From the IMG/VR virus record IMGVR_UViG_3300017963_000201, positions 80,960-144,959 of that record: a DNA stretch of 64,000 bases, one strand, 5' to 3'. The DNA is from a virus. The notes below the pieces were generated by a model. The model did no database searches, had not been told where the DNA came from, and saw nothing but the letters and a program-made list of their open reading frames with translations. Shown here one piece after another: positions 28,749-38,528 of this stretch (its first letter is position 1; every line of letters starts with the position of its first letter). A program made the translations under genes and the position numbers.

Positions 28749-28749
28749 T

Positions 28750-30708
28750 TTAATCCTCCACACTTTCTAATTTTGATACATCACCACCATCTGATTCATA
28801 AGAATCAAATGTCTCAAGAACTAATTCACCATTTTCATATAACCCATCTGAACCCCTAGTTAGATAAGGACGATCCCAACCCATCTGATCACACATATCA
28901 TAAAATTGATCTTCAGTTATAATATAGGGATCCTATGAGTAATGATCGCTCACAAGAACATACTTTTGATCTTCTTGAGCTAGAATTCTTAATGCTTTAT
29001 TTAGTTGTCTTTTTGCACTACCCTTTAATACATCCCTGTCACCATTTTCATAGATCACTTCTACCCAAACATCACCTTTACCCAGCACTCTTTCAAGTGA
29101 CCTTTTTGCTTCTAATGCAGTTTCTTTATCCCAAGTTGTAATATAGGCATCGTCACAATATAGCTTTTTTCCTGCATCTTCTAATTCATAACAAACATCT
29201 TGATAATTTCCATCAATTGCATTTTTACCAACGACATGGTATTCTACTACATTTTCCTTTTGTGCTTTCATACCTTTTCTCCTTGAGGCTAATTCTAATG
29301 GTCCCTCATCAGTGTCTTCAAATTCTACAAACTCACGATACTCATGAGTCTTCTCAGGACCCTTGGTGTCTTCTTTAGTTTTCCAAAGTGCATCCCAAAT
29401 AGATTTCAGATGATTCCAAGTTGAGCTTTGTTTTACCGCTTGGATCCATTCTTTGAGATTAGGAAGTTTTGGTTCCCATGCTTGCAATGCCCTAATCAAC
29501 TCGTTTTGCTCCCCGGCAAAATCCAAGGCTTGAGCACCCCTACTTAGCATATCCGATATACTTCTGTTTTTGTACATCGGGATGTCAGTAGGCCCGCTCC
29601 AAAGATCGTCCTCAACCTTGGTATAGTTTCGGTTCTTTACTTTGACGTTTGTACCAATTGGAGCTTTATCTACATCAACTTGGGCTCTTCTTCTATTTGC
29701 TCTTTGTACCGTAACAGGATAAAAGCCGTACCCCTCTAATTTTTGTTCTGCTTCCTGTAAAGAATCTGCGTCTACTATATTACCGTCCGCATACTCAACA
29801 AAATAATATGGCCCTTTCTTTATAATCCAGGCATCTTCATCTTCGGTACGCCACTTGCTAATAGTCTCTTCGGGAGCAAACTCTTTAATCACTTTGCCGG
29901 TATTAGCATCAAAAATACTTAAATCTTCTTTGAGCACATCAATGTCTTTTGCCAATAGAGCATAGGCTTCTTCAGCTTGCTCCAAGTTATCATAATCCTC
30001 TTCGTACAGAATCTCACCATGCCCCTCCCCCGGAACTAAGCCAGTAATCGCTACCGTATATTGATCAGGGTATTTTTCACTCCTAGGTGGCACATGGAAA
30101 AAGTCATCGTGACCTTGGGCTCGCTTACGCATAACGGATCCTTTCTTTAGTTTTCTACGCTGTTCCCGCAATGATTCCACTTCGTTTTGCGGAAGCAAGG
30201 TACGCAACTTCCTAAGAGCACTTCCGGGAGATGGGTTATCGATAGCCAAAAATAAATCGATTGCTTCCTGTATCTCAGAATCCTTAATGAGTTGGGCGCT
30301 CTCAAACTTATCTATATACCCACGCGCTAAATTACCAACATACGCATCTATAGTCTTATCCCCCCGATCCTTTGCTGCAAACCACCTATGCTTACCATCT
30401 AGTATAATAACATCCGGAGGAACACCATGGGTACCAAACTCGCTCTGAATTCTTCCTACATTATTAATATTAATATCTACTATTATAGGACCTTCTGACA
30501 TAGATTTGCCATCTTCAACCAAGGTAACCGGAGCTACAGAGTCTATAGGTATAGTATCAAGATAAAAGACATCACTTTCGATCCAATAATCAGCAAGATC
30601 CTGCGCGTCTTTACCCAAGTTGTAATACTGATCAGCTAAAATTTGTGCTACTTGATCTTTATCTATACTATTAGACAATATTACCTTCCTCGTCGAATTC
30701 GTAGTCAT
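28750..30708 (-). CDS. multi-domain polyprotein-like ORF (N-terminal ParB-like domain), interrupted by TAG at 28933
   Basis: IILDGKHR ParB/Srx motif; linkers RKRAQ, RRRAQ, RGAQ, MKAQ, RILAQ; frame continues 60 codons past TAG to a TAA just before the next ATG. Confidence 0.7.
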
Positions 30709-31294
30709 TTGCGATAAGTGTTTCTGCTATAGCTTCATCTGATGTTATACTTTCGTACGCATCCTCTAGTCTCTCATAGATCTCATCTGCAAAGTCTCTA
30801 GCATCGTCTAAGACGGCATCCTCTAGCATATCAGCTTCTCTGTTTAATCCGGCTAAGTCTTCTTCACTTAATTCGTATTCAGAATCTAGCCATTGAATAA
30901 ATTTTTCCATATTGTCGCCGTCTATGTGCATTGTCTTAGAGTGGTTATAAAAACCAGCATGATAAATTTTTGCTCCCTCGCTTATTTGATCTATAAACTC
31001 CATAAAAGTAGGAAACTCATCTGCATGTTTAGGAATCCAATCGTCATATGAAACACTGCCTACCCAACAGGCACCATCACCCTGAGACCAAAACCCAGAA
31101 AAATATATGTCATCAATATAAAATCCTTTTTTCTCTCCGTCTTCTTTAACCCAATCGTACACGTAATCCCACCAGTCTACTAAATCTGTATTGATATCTC
31201 GATTATTCTCTATAGCTTTTTTTTGGGTTTCAGGATCCAGATCTTCAAACTTCTTCCCTTCTTGTGCAAAGCGCCTCATTTTAGCTCTCCTCAT
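30671..31294 (-). CDS. AQ-tagged member of the 'YFSGFWSQGDGA' family (often auto-annotated as antitoxin of a TA stability system)
   Basis: MRRFAQ then FEDL....Q.KAIE, YFSGFWSQGDGAC, TSDEAI.ETL.ANDYEF.E.G. Confidence 0.65.
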   Translation of the reverse strand: MRRAKMRRFAQEGKKFEDLDPETQKKAIENNRDINTDLVDWWDYVYDWVKEDGEKKGFYIDDIYFSGFWSQGDGACWVGSVSYDDWIPKHADEFPTFMEFIDQISEGAKIYHAGFYNHSKTMHIDGDNMEKFIQWLDSEYELSEEDLAGLNREADMLEDAVLDDARDFADEIYERLEDAYESITSDEAIAETLIANDYEFDEEGNIV

Positions 31295-31967
31295 AGCCTA
31301 AATAAAAATAGTCTTCGAGTAATCTGATTACTTCGTCAGCCGCTTTATTTCCAGGCATACCCATACCACCAAAATAGGTATCCTTAAAATCGCTGATGTC
31401 AGGCAACTCTTCCAATACCCATTCAGGTGCAGAATTTAAATCGATACTCCATCCGGCAGGGATCCTAGATACATCAACGTAATCACCTGTAGCATAACCA
31501 ATGATTAATATGATATCACCAAACACACCCTGTAAAATTAATTCGAAATAGGCTAGTCCAAGGATACCATCATTCGTGTCTGTCTCAATAGGGCTAAAAA
31601 CATAGTCATGCCAAATACGGTCATACTTTAAATAGTCATCTAGTAAACTACCGAGGTGGTCTATTAATGATTGAAGTTTACTTACAGGGTCCTCTTTGGC
31701 TTTTTTATTAATTGGAAACTCTTTACCCTCTATGGCATAGGCTAAGTTATATTCTCCAGTATTAATATCCTGAAAAGCTATAAGGGTACCGGGGATATCC
31801 TGTAAGGTCATCTCATCTTTGAGATCCTTTTCTATTTCCTCAAGGGCATCCCAAGAATCCGCTTCTACATCCAAGAAATAAAAATACCCATCTTTAGTAT
31901 TCGGATCGTGATACTTACCCGGTTCCTTAAGAATAGCTTCGAGGGCTTTTTTAATTTGATTAATCAT
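31281..31967 (-). CDS. acidic two-domain hypothetical protein
   Basis: Coupled by overlaps; internal NKKA linker. Confidence 0.6.
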   Translation of the reverse strand: MINQIKKALEAILKEPGKYHDPNTKDGYFYFLDVEADSWDALEEIEKDLKDEMTLQDIPGTLIAFQDINTGEYNLAYAIEGKEFPINKKAKEDPVSKLQSLIDHLGSLLDDYLKYDRIWHDYVFSPIETDTNDGILGLAYFELILQGVFGDIILIIGYATGDYVDVSRIPAGWSIDLNSAPEWVLEELPDISDFKDTYFGGMGMPGNKAADEVIRLLEDYFYLGYEES

Positions 31968-32428
31968 TAATAATCTTTACCGGGCCAGGTCGTGACAGGA
32001 CCTAACCTTTCGGCTTCGCCTACAATGTCATCGTATACGTTTCCCGAATCATACCCTTGAGATTCGACAAACTTTTCCACTTTGTTTATGGCTTTAATCA
32101 TTCTGTCATAAAGCCTTTCTTGATCTCTAACCCTTGCACCTTGGCTTCCCAGATATTTTCTTGTAGCCTCTACGGCATCATCTAGCATTTTTTTTGGTGG
32201 TCTTTTCTGCGCCTTCTTCCTTGTAATACCTGTCCCATATTCTCTGGGTGTTTTCCAGGGAGGCAAAAACATATCGTCTTTAAAATCATCATGGACATCT
32301 TGCTTAATCATCCAATGCCCAGTTTGGTAAGGCCAATTAACCGAAGGTAAACCATCCAATACATCTTGAGGTGTTCTTGTAGCTTTGAGTGTACGTATAG
32401 CCCGTCTCAAGTAAACTAAAGATTTCAT
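31967..32428 (-). CDS. tagged hypothetical protein
   Basis: N-terminus SLVYLRRAIRTLKA; internal RKKAQ. Confidence 0.65.
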   Translation of the reverse strand: MKSLVYLRRAIRTLKATRTPQDVLDGLPSVNWPYQTGHWMIKQDVHDDFKDDMFLPPWKTPREYGTGITRKKAQKRPPKKMLDDAVEATRKYLGSQGARVRDQERLYDRMIKAINKVEKFVESQGYDSGNVYDDIVGEAERLGPVTTWPGKDY

Positions 32429-32437
32429 AGTAAGCTC

Positions 32438-34087
32438 CTAATCGATATCCAAGTCTTTTGGAAGCATATTCCTAATCTTCTGTTCAACGAACTCAGACAT
32501 TTCTATACCAACCTCTTCCAAGGCTTCATACTGCTCATTGGTTAGCAAATCTTTAGCTACATCTTTTGCTGATATCTCTATGCCGGACAACTCAGAAAGT
32601 TCTTCGGCAATTTCTTCAGCCCTTAATATTCTTTCCTCTGATCCACCCCAATAACTTGGGTATCCGAGAAGAAGGGACCACAAAGATCCTATAGCATCTT
32701 CTTCATCCTCTGGTATTTCCTCACCCCCAGCATACCTAATAACCTCTCTAGCACTTTTATCCCATATAATTTCTGTTATGGGGATATTCTCAAAACTACC
32801 ATAGGCATTCATAAGATTTTGGTAATTTTCCATCATACTACCAATATCTACGTCACCCCCAGTGTAACCCCACCACCCATCTTCACTATAGCCAAAGTCA
32901 ATAAATTCTACACCCTCCCCACCATCCCACTTGAGTTGAATACCGCCATGCGTTAAATAGTCCACATCACCGTAGTTTACCCATTTATCTTTAATGGATG
33001 CTAATACCTCACCTATAGTTTTGGATCTAGGTTTGTCTTCGTATACGTCTTTATCAAACATCTCTTCTTGTTGTGCTCTAAGTCTTCTCATTGTTCTTTT
33101 TAGACAGGCTTTACTATCCAAAAAATCATCATTATCATCATACCCTAAAAAAATCCCGCACACTATACCACCAACTTCATTGGCTACTTCTTGGGCTTCC
33201 TCCTCTGTTTCATACCATTCTTCAGACATAGGGGAATTAGACCATTCTTCCCCAGTCCACACAGTGTTGCTGTCATCAGGATCTTCCACTACATATTTAA
33301 TAATCTCACCGGCAATGTGCCTCCTAGCATTAAAGTCTCGTATAGTTCCTCCTGATCCCTGACTATCTTTAACAACATCACCATTTTTTAAAAGCTGAAT
33401 AACATATTCATCCAAGCGGTCCCCATACTTATCTAGCATTTGTTGGAAGCGACCTTCAGGATCATTGTCTCCTCGTATGTTTTGCACCACTTGATCATTG
33501 AGGGTATCAATAACTTCTATTGTATAATTAGCAGCAGTTTTCCTACTCTCCATAGGGAAGCCCCCCAAGTAAGGATTACCAAAGTAGGCATCAGGGGACT
33601 GTGCAAGCCTACGACCTTTAATCTTATTCACGTTGGGATGCTTTACCATGTCTTTTACCTCTTTTTTGTACTTATCAGAGATTGGTTTTTTAGGTTGGTT
33701 TGGCTTCATAGGTAAACCAGAAGCTACAAGCCAAGTATTAATGTCACGAACAAGACGAGCATTTGTGATATGGTGCATCAGTTTGTCATAATCATCTTCG
33801 TAAATGCACCCCTGCTTATAAGCTATCTGCTCAAACTCATCCTGGAGATTTTCCAGTTCACGGTTTTGTACCTTGATACTTTCTGCAGCCAAACCCATGG
33901 TAAATGCATTTTGCTCCGTCTCACCGAGCTTAGAAAGCAGCCCAACATACCAAGACTCTTCTAGCTCGTTGTCTACAATATGAGCTAAAGCAATCTCCAA
34001 GGCTTGATCCACTGTGAGGTTCAAAACTTTGTCAAGATCTTCTGGGACAACAATTTCCGTAGAAGTGTCTTGGGCAGTGATACGCAT
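32438..34087 (-). CDS. multi-domain acidic polyprotein-like ORF
   Basis: MRITAQ, RRLAQ, RKTA, RRHIA, RRLRAQ separate acidic segments. Confidence 0.7.
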   Translation of the reverse strand: MRITAQDTSTEIVVPEDLDKVLNLTVDQALEIALAHIVDNELEESWYVGLLSKLGETEQNAFTMGLAAESIKVQNRELENLQDEFEQIAYKQGCIYEDDYDKLMHHITNARLVRDINTWLVASGLPMKPNQPKKPISDKYKKEVKDMVKHPNVNKIKGRRLAQSPDAYFGNPYLGGFPMESRKTAANYTIEVIDTLNDQVVQNIRGDNDPEGRFQQMLDKYGDRLDEYVIQLLKNGDVVKDSQGSGGTIRDFNARRHIAGEIIKYVVEDPDDSNTVWTGEEWSNSPMSEEWYETEEEAQEVANEVGGIVCGIFLGYDDNDDFLDSKACLKRTMRRLRAQQEEMFDKDVYEDKPRSKTIGEVLASIKDKWVNYGDVDYLTHGGIQLKWDGGEGVEFIDFGYSEDGWWGYTGGDVDIGSMMENYQNLMNAYGSFENIPITEIIWDKSAREVIRYAGGEEIPEDEEDAIGSLWSLLLGYPSYWGGSEERILRAEEIAEELSELSGIEISAKDVAKDLLTNEQYEALEEVGIEMSEFVEQKIRNMLPKDLDID

Positions 34088-34089
34088 AG

Positions 34090-34587
34090 CTACTCCTTTT
34101 CACTATCCCCAATAAAAGTCATAGGGCCAAAGTCTGCAATTGCCGCTTCGATAGGATCAACTTCTTCCTTTTTAGTTTTCTTCGATTTCACTGCTTTCTT
34201 CTTTGCTGCAGCAGCTTTCTTTTCTTTAGTCTTTGTCTTTTTCTTGGGTTTGACTTTTTCTACCACCTTGGGTTTTATCTCTTCTTCCTCTTCTAGGGGC
34301 TCTTCGTCAAAATCGATAACAATAGGCTCGTCGATCTTTTTAGCCTTCGGTAGCTTTCGAATTCTAGGGTGAGCCTTTAGCTCATGCTTACCGATAACTT
34401 TCTCAGAGTCATGAAGTACAGTGAGATTACCCGTATTAACTAAATAATTAAAAACTGGATCTTCCTTAATCCACTTACGAGAGCATATGCCATCCACATC
34501 GTAAGATTGTCCAGGGTTAAGAATAATGCTTCCCTTTTCAAGTTGCAAAGGTAACGAGCCGCCTGTGCCATTTCTAACTTTAAACAT
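34090..34587 (-). CDS. hypothetical protein with Lys/Ala-rich tail
   Basis: AAGGAG RBS; KPKKKTKTKEKKAAAAKKKAVKSKK. Confidence 0.65.
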   Translation of the reverse strand: MFKVRNGTGGSLPLQLEKGSIILNPGQSYDVDGICSRKWIKEDPVFNYLVNTGNLTVLHDSEKVIGKHELKAHPRIRKLPKAKKIDEPIVIDFDEEPLEEEEEIKPKVVEKVKPKKKTKTKEKKAAAAKKKAVKSKKTKKEEVDPIEAAIADFGPMTFIGDSEKE

Positions 34588-34668
34588 AAACTTTCTCCTT
34601 TAGCTTTTCTTGGTCTCTGCCTCTGATTGAATAATAAGGTAAAAAGATAAAGACAATTTAAGTATTGT

Positions 34669-36588
34669 CTACACGAACCTCTTTAGTCGAATAACTCTAA
34701 GGGAGGGCCTTGGGTTTGCTTTTCGGATCATACTAACTTTATGTCTGTCCTGTATAGCTTTGTTAGTAAAGACCCTCTCGGGAGTCTTTAGTAATCTATG
34801 AACCCCAATATAACATTGGATCATATCGTTCGATCCATCACTTCTGTGGTCTACCTTGACTCCATTATCTTGCAAACCTCTAAGCTCTCTTAGAGCTAAA
34901 GAACAAGGCATATTTCTGTGATAATAGGGATCTAGTGCGGGATGTTCTTTAGCCGGAAAACTTAATTTATTATTACGCATACTTTCTAAAAACTTAATAT
35001 GATCATCCCGATCTATATCTTTACCCATGGCCAAGATTCCTACATTTCTTAGCCTATCAATTTGTTCCATTGAATTCCAACGGTCATAGGATACATACTT
35101 AATAGTTAACTTCTTATGTAGCTCCAATATCAAATCTGTCATCGCAGGAAAATAAACTTCTCTTGGCTTTAGCTTTTGTTTATTCCCCTTGGGGATCGGC
35201 TTCAAAGTCACAGCACCGTCTATGATAACTTTATCTTCTTCGAGGTGTCCTATACATAAACAAAAGCTATCCTTCTTTTTTCCTGGATCACAATGTATAG
35301 CATACTCAGCTAAGTTTTTATATTTTACGTTTTTTATTTCTAGCCCAATATAACTAAAGATAACATTCCCAACCTTCATATCGAAGTACTTCTCACCATA
35401 ATCAAAAATAGAAAATCTAGTATTGTCTGTACAGGCTTCTATAATTCTCGTATCTCGAATAAAAGGATTCTCCGCACCAGGGGGGTTAGCACCGTAATCC
35501 CTTTCGGCACCCAAGGGATCATCCTCAAATTCGTCTGCCAGGTCCTCTTGAGTAATCTCAGGATTTGCTTCCCAGGTAGCTTTCCTAAAAGCAAACATCT
35601 TGTGCTGTCTTTGCGCTTGCTCTAACAATTGCATAATCTTATCGTCTTCAAACATCGGACTCGATATACTAATCATCCTGGCATCGGGTAAATTATAAAT
35701 ACCAAGCTCCCGTGCCCTTCGTACAGCAGAGCTAATCGTTCTAAGGGATCTCTTGAGTACCCTGTAGACTTCCTGAGCGCTTTTCTTACTGTCTCCCGTA
35801 TCAAATCTTGCCAGCTCGTCAATGATCGCAATCAGTCGTGTTTTACCGGCCAGGGAAGCTGAGTTAGAATGCAAAGCCTTCAAAGCTAGATTTTTATACT
35901 TGAAGTGGATTTCTTTGTCGGTTTCTTTATAGAGCTTACCTGTCTTGTACTTAGGGTGCGTCTTTTCTAAAGTCTGTAGCTTTTCTTTGAGATCCTGAAA
36001 CCAGGGGCTCTCTTCGTAAAAAGCCCTAAAGTGCCCCCAGACCGTCTCAGAAGCCTGTTGGGCACTCGTAGCGACAAAGGCTATATCCAAGGTCTGCCTT
36101 TTGATAACTCGTAGCCTAGACTGAAGATCTGGGGTACAGAGCGCGTCGTGGACTAGCCCAGCAGATAAACAACCTATGGTCACACCCTTGCCCGAGCGCA
36201 TCCCCTCGCATCCAACGAATTCATTGTAGAAGCTCAGATCGTCTACTATATCTGATTTCTTTAGCCCACAATTTGGACAAACCTCATACTCAAATAATAT
36301 CTGATCTCTTCTGGGAACATCATTTATAGTACGGATTCTCTGTACGTCGTTACACATGGGGCAGAGTAATTCTAAGAAGTCCCTAATTACTTCGTACTGA
36401 ACCGGCCAAAGCTCAGGACCATTAAGGTATTCTGGAGATTCTATAAAATGGATTACGTTGGGTGCGCGTTTGAGGGTGACAAGATCCGTAGTTACTAAGT
36501 TTGACGATTGAGTAATTTTGCCCTCAATCATGTCATCTAGATCTGCAAATAAATTATCTCTAGCTACATACTCCATATGACTTAACAT
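34669..36588 (-). CDS. terL: terminase large subunit
   Basis: Walker A GMRSGKG, Walker B IAIIDE, ISSP, TWEANP, nuclease HCDPG...D, YDRWNS, KVDH...GSND. Confidence 0.93.
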   Translation of the reverse strand: MLSHMEYVARDNLFADLDDMIEGKITQSSNLVTTDLVTLKRAPNVIHFIESPEYLNGPELWPVQYEVIRDFLELLCPMCNDVQRIRTINDVPRRDQILFEYEVCPNCGLKKSDIVDDLSFYNEFVGCEGMRSGKGVTIGCLSAGLVHDALCTPDLQSRLRVIKRQTLDIAFVATSAQQASETVWGHFRAFYEESPWFQDLKEKLQTLEKTHPKYKTGKLYKETDKEIHFKYKNLALKALHSNSASLAGKTRLIAIIDELARFDTGDSKKSAQEVYRVLKRSLRTISSAVRRARELGIYNLPDARMISISSPMFEDDKIMQLLEQAQRQHKMFAFRKATWEANPEITQEDLADEFEDDPLGAERDYGANPPGAENPFIRDTRIIEACTDNTRFSIFDYGEKYFDMKVGNVIFSYIGLEIKNVKYKNLAEYAIHCDPGKKKDSFCLCIGHLEEDKVIIDGAVTLKPIPKGNKQKLKPREVYFPAMTDLILELHKKLTIKYVSYDRWNSMEQIDRLRNVGILAMGKDIDRDDHIKFLESMRNNKLSFPAKEHPALDPYYHRNMPCSLALRELRGLQDNGVKVDHRSDGSNDMIQCYIGVHRLLKTPERVFTNKAIQDRHKVSMIRKANPRPSLRVIRLKRFV

Positions 36589-36677
36589 AGCTTGATTAAT
36601 TTAAATAAGTCAAGTTGTGTTTTAGTTTATCCCTGATAAACGATCACTTTTTATATTATACAAACAAGGAGTAAATT

Positions 36678-36959
36678 TTGAAAAAGATTTTAATTTGTCC
36701 CATCTATCAAACCCATTATTTAGCAGATACTAATAGACTTAAGTTTGGTAGACAAACTACATGTAGTAGATCCTGTTCTTATAAATTAAGGTCTATAAAA
36801 AAGAGCAAGAGTATTACATTTAAATGTTCTGTATGCGGAAAACTAACCAAGCGCAGCCCCTCTTGTTTAAAAACTAAACATGAAGGACATTACTGCATGA
36901 TTATCTTTGATGACAAGATTGACACAAATTTCATTACGAGATTTCATTTTTACTCATGA
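36678..36959 (+). pseudogene. truncated HNH-endonuclease-type Zn-finger N-terminus
   Basis: Degenerate CP(I)Y...CSRSC and CSVC...YC repeats; no HNH catalytic domain; lone plus-strand ORF with AAGGAG RBS. Confidence 0.55.
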
Positions 36960-37121
36960 TCAAAGATTCCTGAAGTTTCTCTTCAAGTATCTTTACCCTT
37001 GCTCTTAGGTCTTTTATGTCTTGGGTAACTTCCTGGATAAATTCTGCAGGGTGAGTACTGACTTTTAAATGTCCGTATTGATAAAGGTCTGCCAGTTCAT
37101 TAATAGCTTTGTCAAAATTCA

Positions 37122-37538
37122 TTACGCTACCGCAAATGGATTAAACAATACTTGTGTATACCCCGCGTGCTTTAGTATGTCAACCATTCTAGTAGCTCCC
37201 GCATGATTCCAACTATGAACTATAATCTTTGGGTCAGCTCTAATGTATACTTCAATACCTGCCAAAGACTGAGCTAATGCTACCCCGTTATTATTCTCAT
37301 CATGATTAGGATCCATATCGTGGTCCAGGCATATAAGTTGAAACAAATAAGGACTATTAACCTGACGGCTTCTTTGTACGGATTCTAATAAGAGGGATCT
37401 AGCTTGAAAAACATTATACGCATGCACAATAATAAAATTATCCCTAGTACAAGTATGGACCTGCCCATGTTGTTTATGTTTGCGCGTACAGATAAAATCA
37501 TGCCTAGCGGGGCTGTCATCAACGAATAGGATCTTCAT
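37122..37538 (-). CDS. atypical receiver domain (cyclic-phosphate-processing type)
   Basis: ILFVDD...R, ICLDHD, G...A..L, IIVHSWN..G..RM. Confidence 0.75.
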   Translation of the reverse strand: MKILFVDDSPARHDFICTRKHKQHGQVHTCTRDNFIIVHAYNVFQARSLLLESVQRSRQVNSPYLFQLICLDHDMDPNHDENNNGVALAQSLAGIEVYIRADPKIIVHSWNHAGATRMVDILKHAGYTQVLFNPFAVA

Positions 37539-37828
37539 CCGTAGCTTCCTTTATCTTTATACCTGCAAGCTCATGGGACATAGCTCCGTACTCGTGCATT
37601 ACATCCTTACATAGCTGTGTAAGATGATCCACCTTTCTCTTGAGCTGTATTATCTCAGATGCTTCTTTAGCTTTGATAGCATCAAAGATAGCCCGAGCAT
37701 GATTCCCGGTTGCACTCATGATGCCAGAGTAAGCAAAAGGAACATTAATATCCCAATCTTTAATACATTCCCATATCGCATTAAAGATCGGATTATCCAA
37801 CATCTCTTTGGTGGGATCTGGCCAAGGT

Positions 37829-38200
37829 TCATTTCTTAATCTTTCTAGATATTCTTTTTTCATGGGCTCTCTCACATTTTAAACAAGTAATTTCTCCGTC
37901 ATGGTTGTTAGTTAATATATACCAATTTTCGTCAATACTCTTTCCGCATAAGGTTTGACTACCATCCTCACTTCCGTGGATTGGGCCGTAAAGCTTATCA
38001 CTCTTTGTTATCTTCTGTACTGTGTATGGAGGATTCATTAAATTTTTCCTTGCTGCAGATGACATAACCCTCGGCATCAACCCAAGTTCTTTTCTGTGCG
38101 CATAGTAGGTTTGCAACGTACCTTTGGCGTCTTCTATCGCATCCTTAACTGTATGTCCCGTACCCGTTGCTCCCGGGATCTCTAAGCACCCGGCAAAGAA
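37829..38200 (-). pseudogene. 5'-truncated HicB-like antitoxin fragment in frame with a Zn-binding domain
   Basis: FFAGCLEIPGATGTGHTVKDAIEDAKGTLQTYY...ELG..P has no start codon (preceded by TGA). Confidence 0.6.
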
Positions 38201-38279
38201 TCACTTACAGGTAATTCAAAATATGGGAAATCTAAGTTGATATTCTTGCACTCATCTTTTGCAAGTAATACAGCATACA

Positions 38280-38528
38280 TTACTCTTTCTCCACAGGGCA
38301 TGTAACCATTACCGGCTGTTCATCAATAACCACATACTTAGGAAATACAGAAACCCCACTACCCTGAGAAAATACTAAATATACAATACCATTAATACAA
38401 GTTTCTTTAATAGGATCTCTTTTGGCTTTCGAACTCTTCTCACCTACCGGAAAAAACATAACCAAAAAAATTGCTACAATACAAACTACAATCATTAACT
38501 CTATCAGTGTAAATCCTCTTCTAGGCAT
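38280..38528 (-). CDS. prepilin-type N-terminal cleavage/methylation domain protein
   Basis: MPRRG|FTLIELMIVV class III signal peptide. Confidence 0.85.
   Translation of the reverse strand: MPRRGFTLIELMIVVCIVAIFLVMFFPVGEKSSKAKRDPIKETCINGIVYLVFSQGSGVSVFPKYVVIDEQPVMVTCPVEKE

Noticed and set aside
19244-32440. TAG stops in frame with the next gene (19256, 23877, 32438) as programmed fusions
   Set aside because: Each short spacer contains a strong GGAG RBS for the downstream ATG, so independent initiation explains them.
34669-36588. Intein or intron in terminase
   Set aside because: ATPase and nuclease motifs are contiguous; the only insertion is a short CxxC/CxxC segment.
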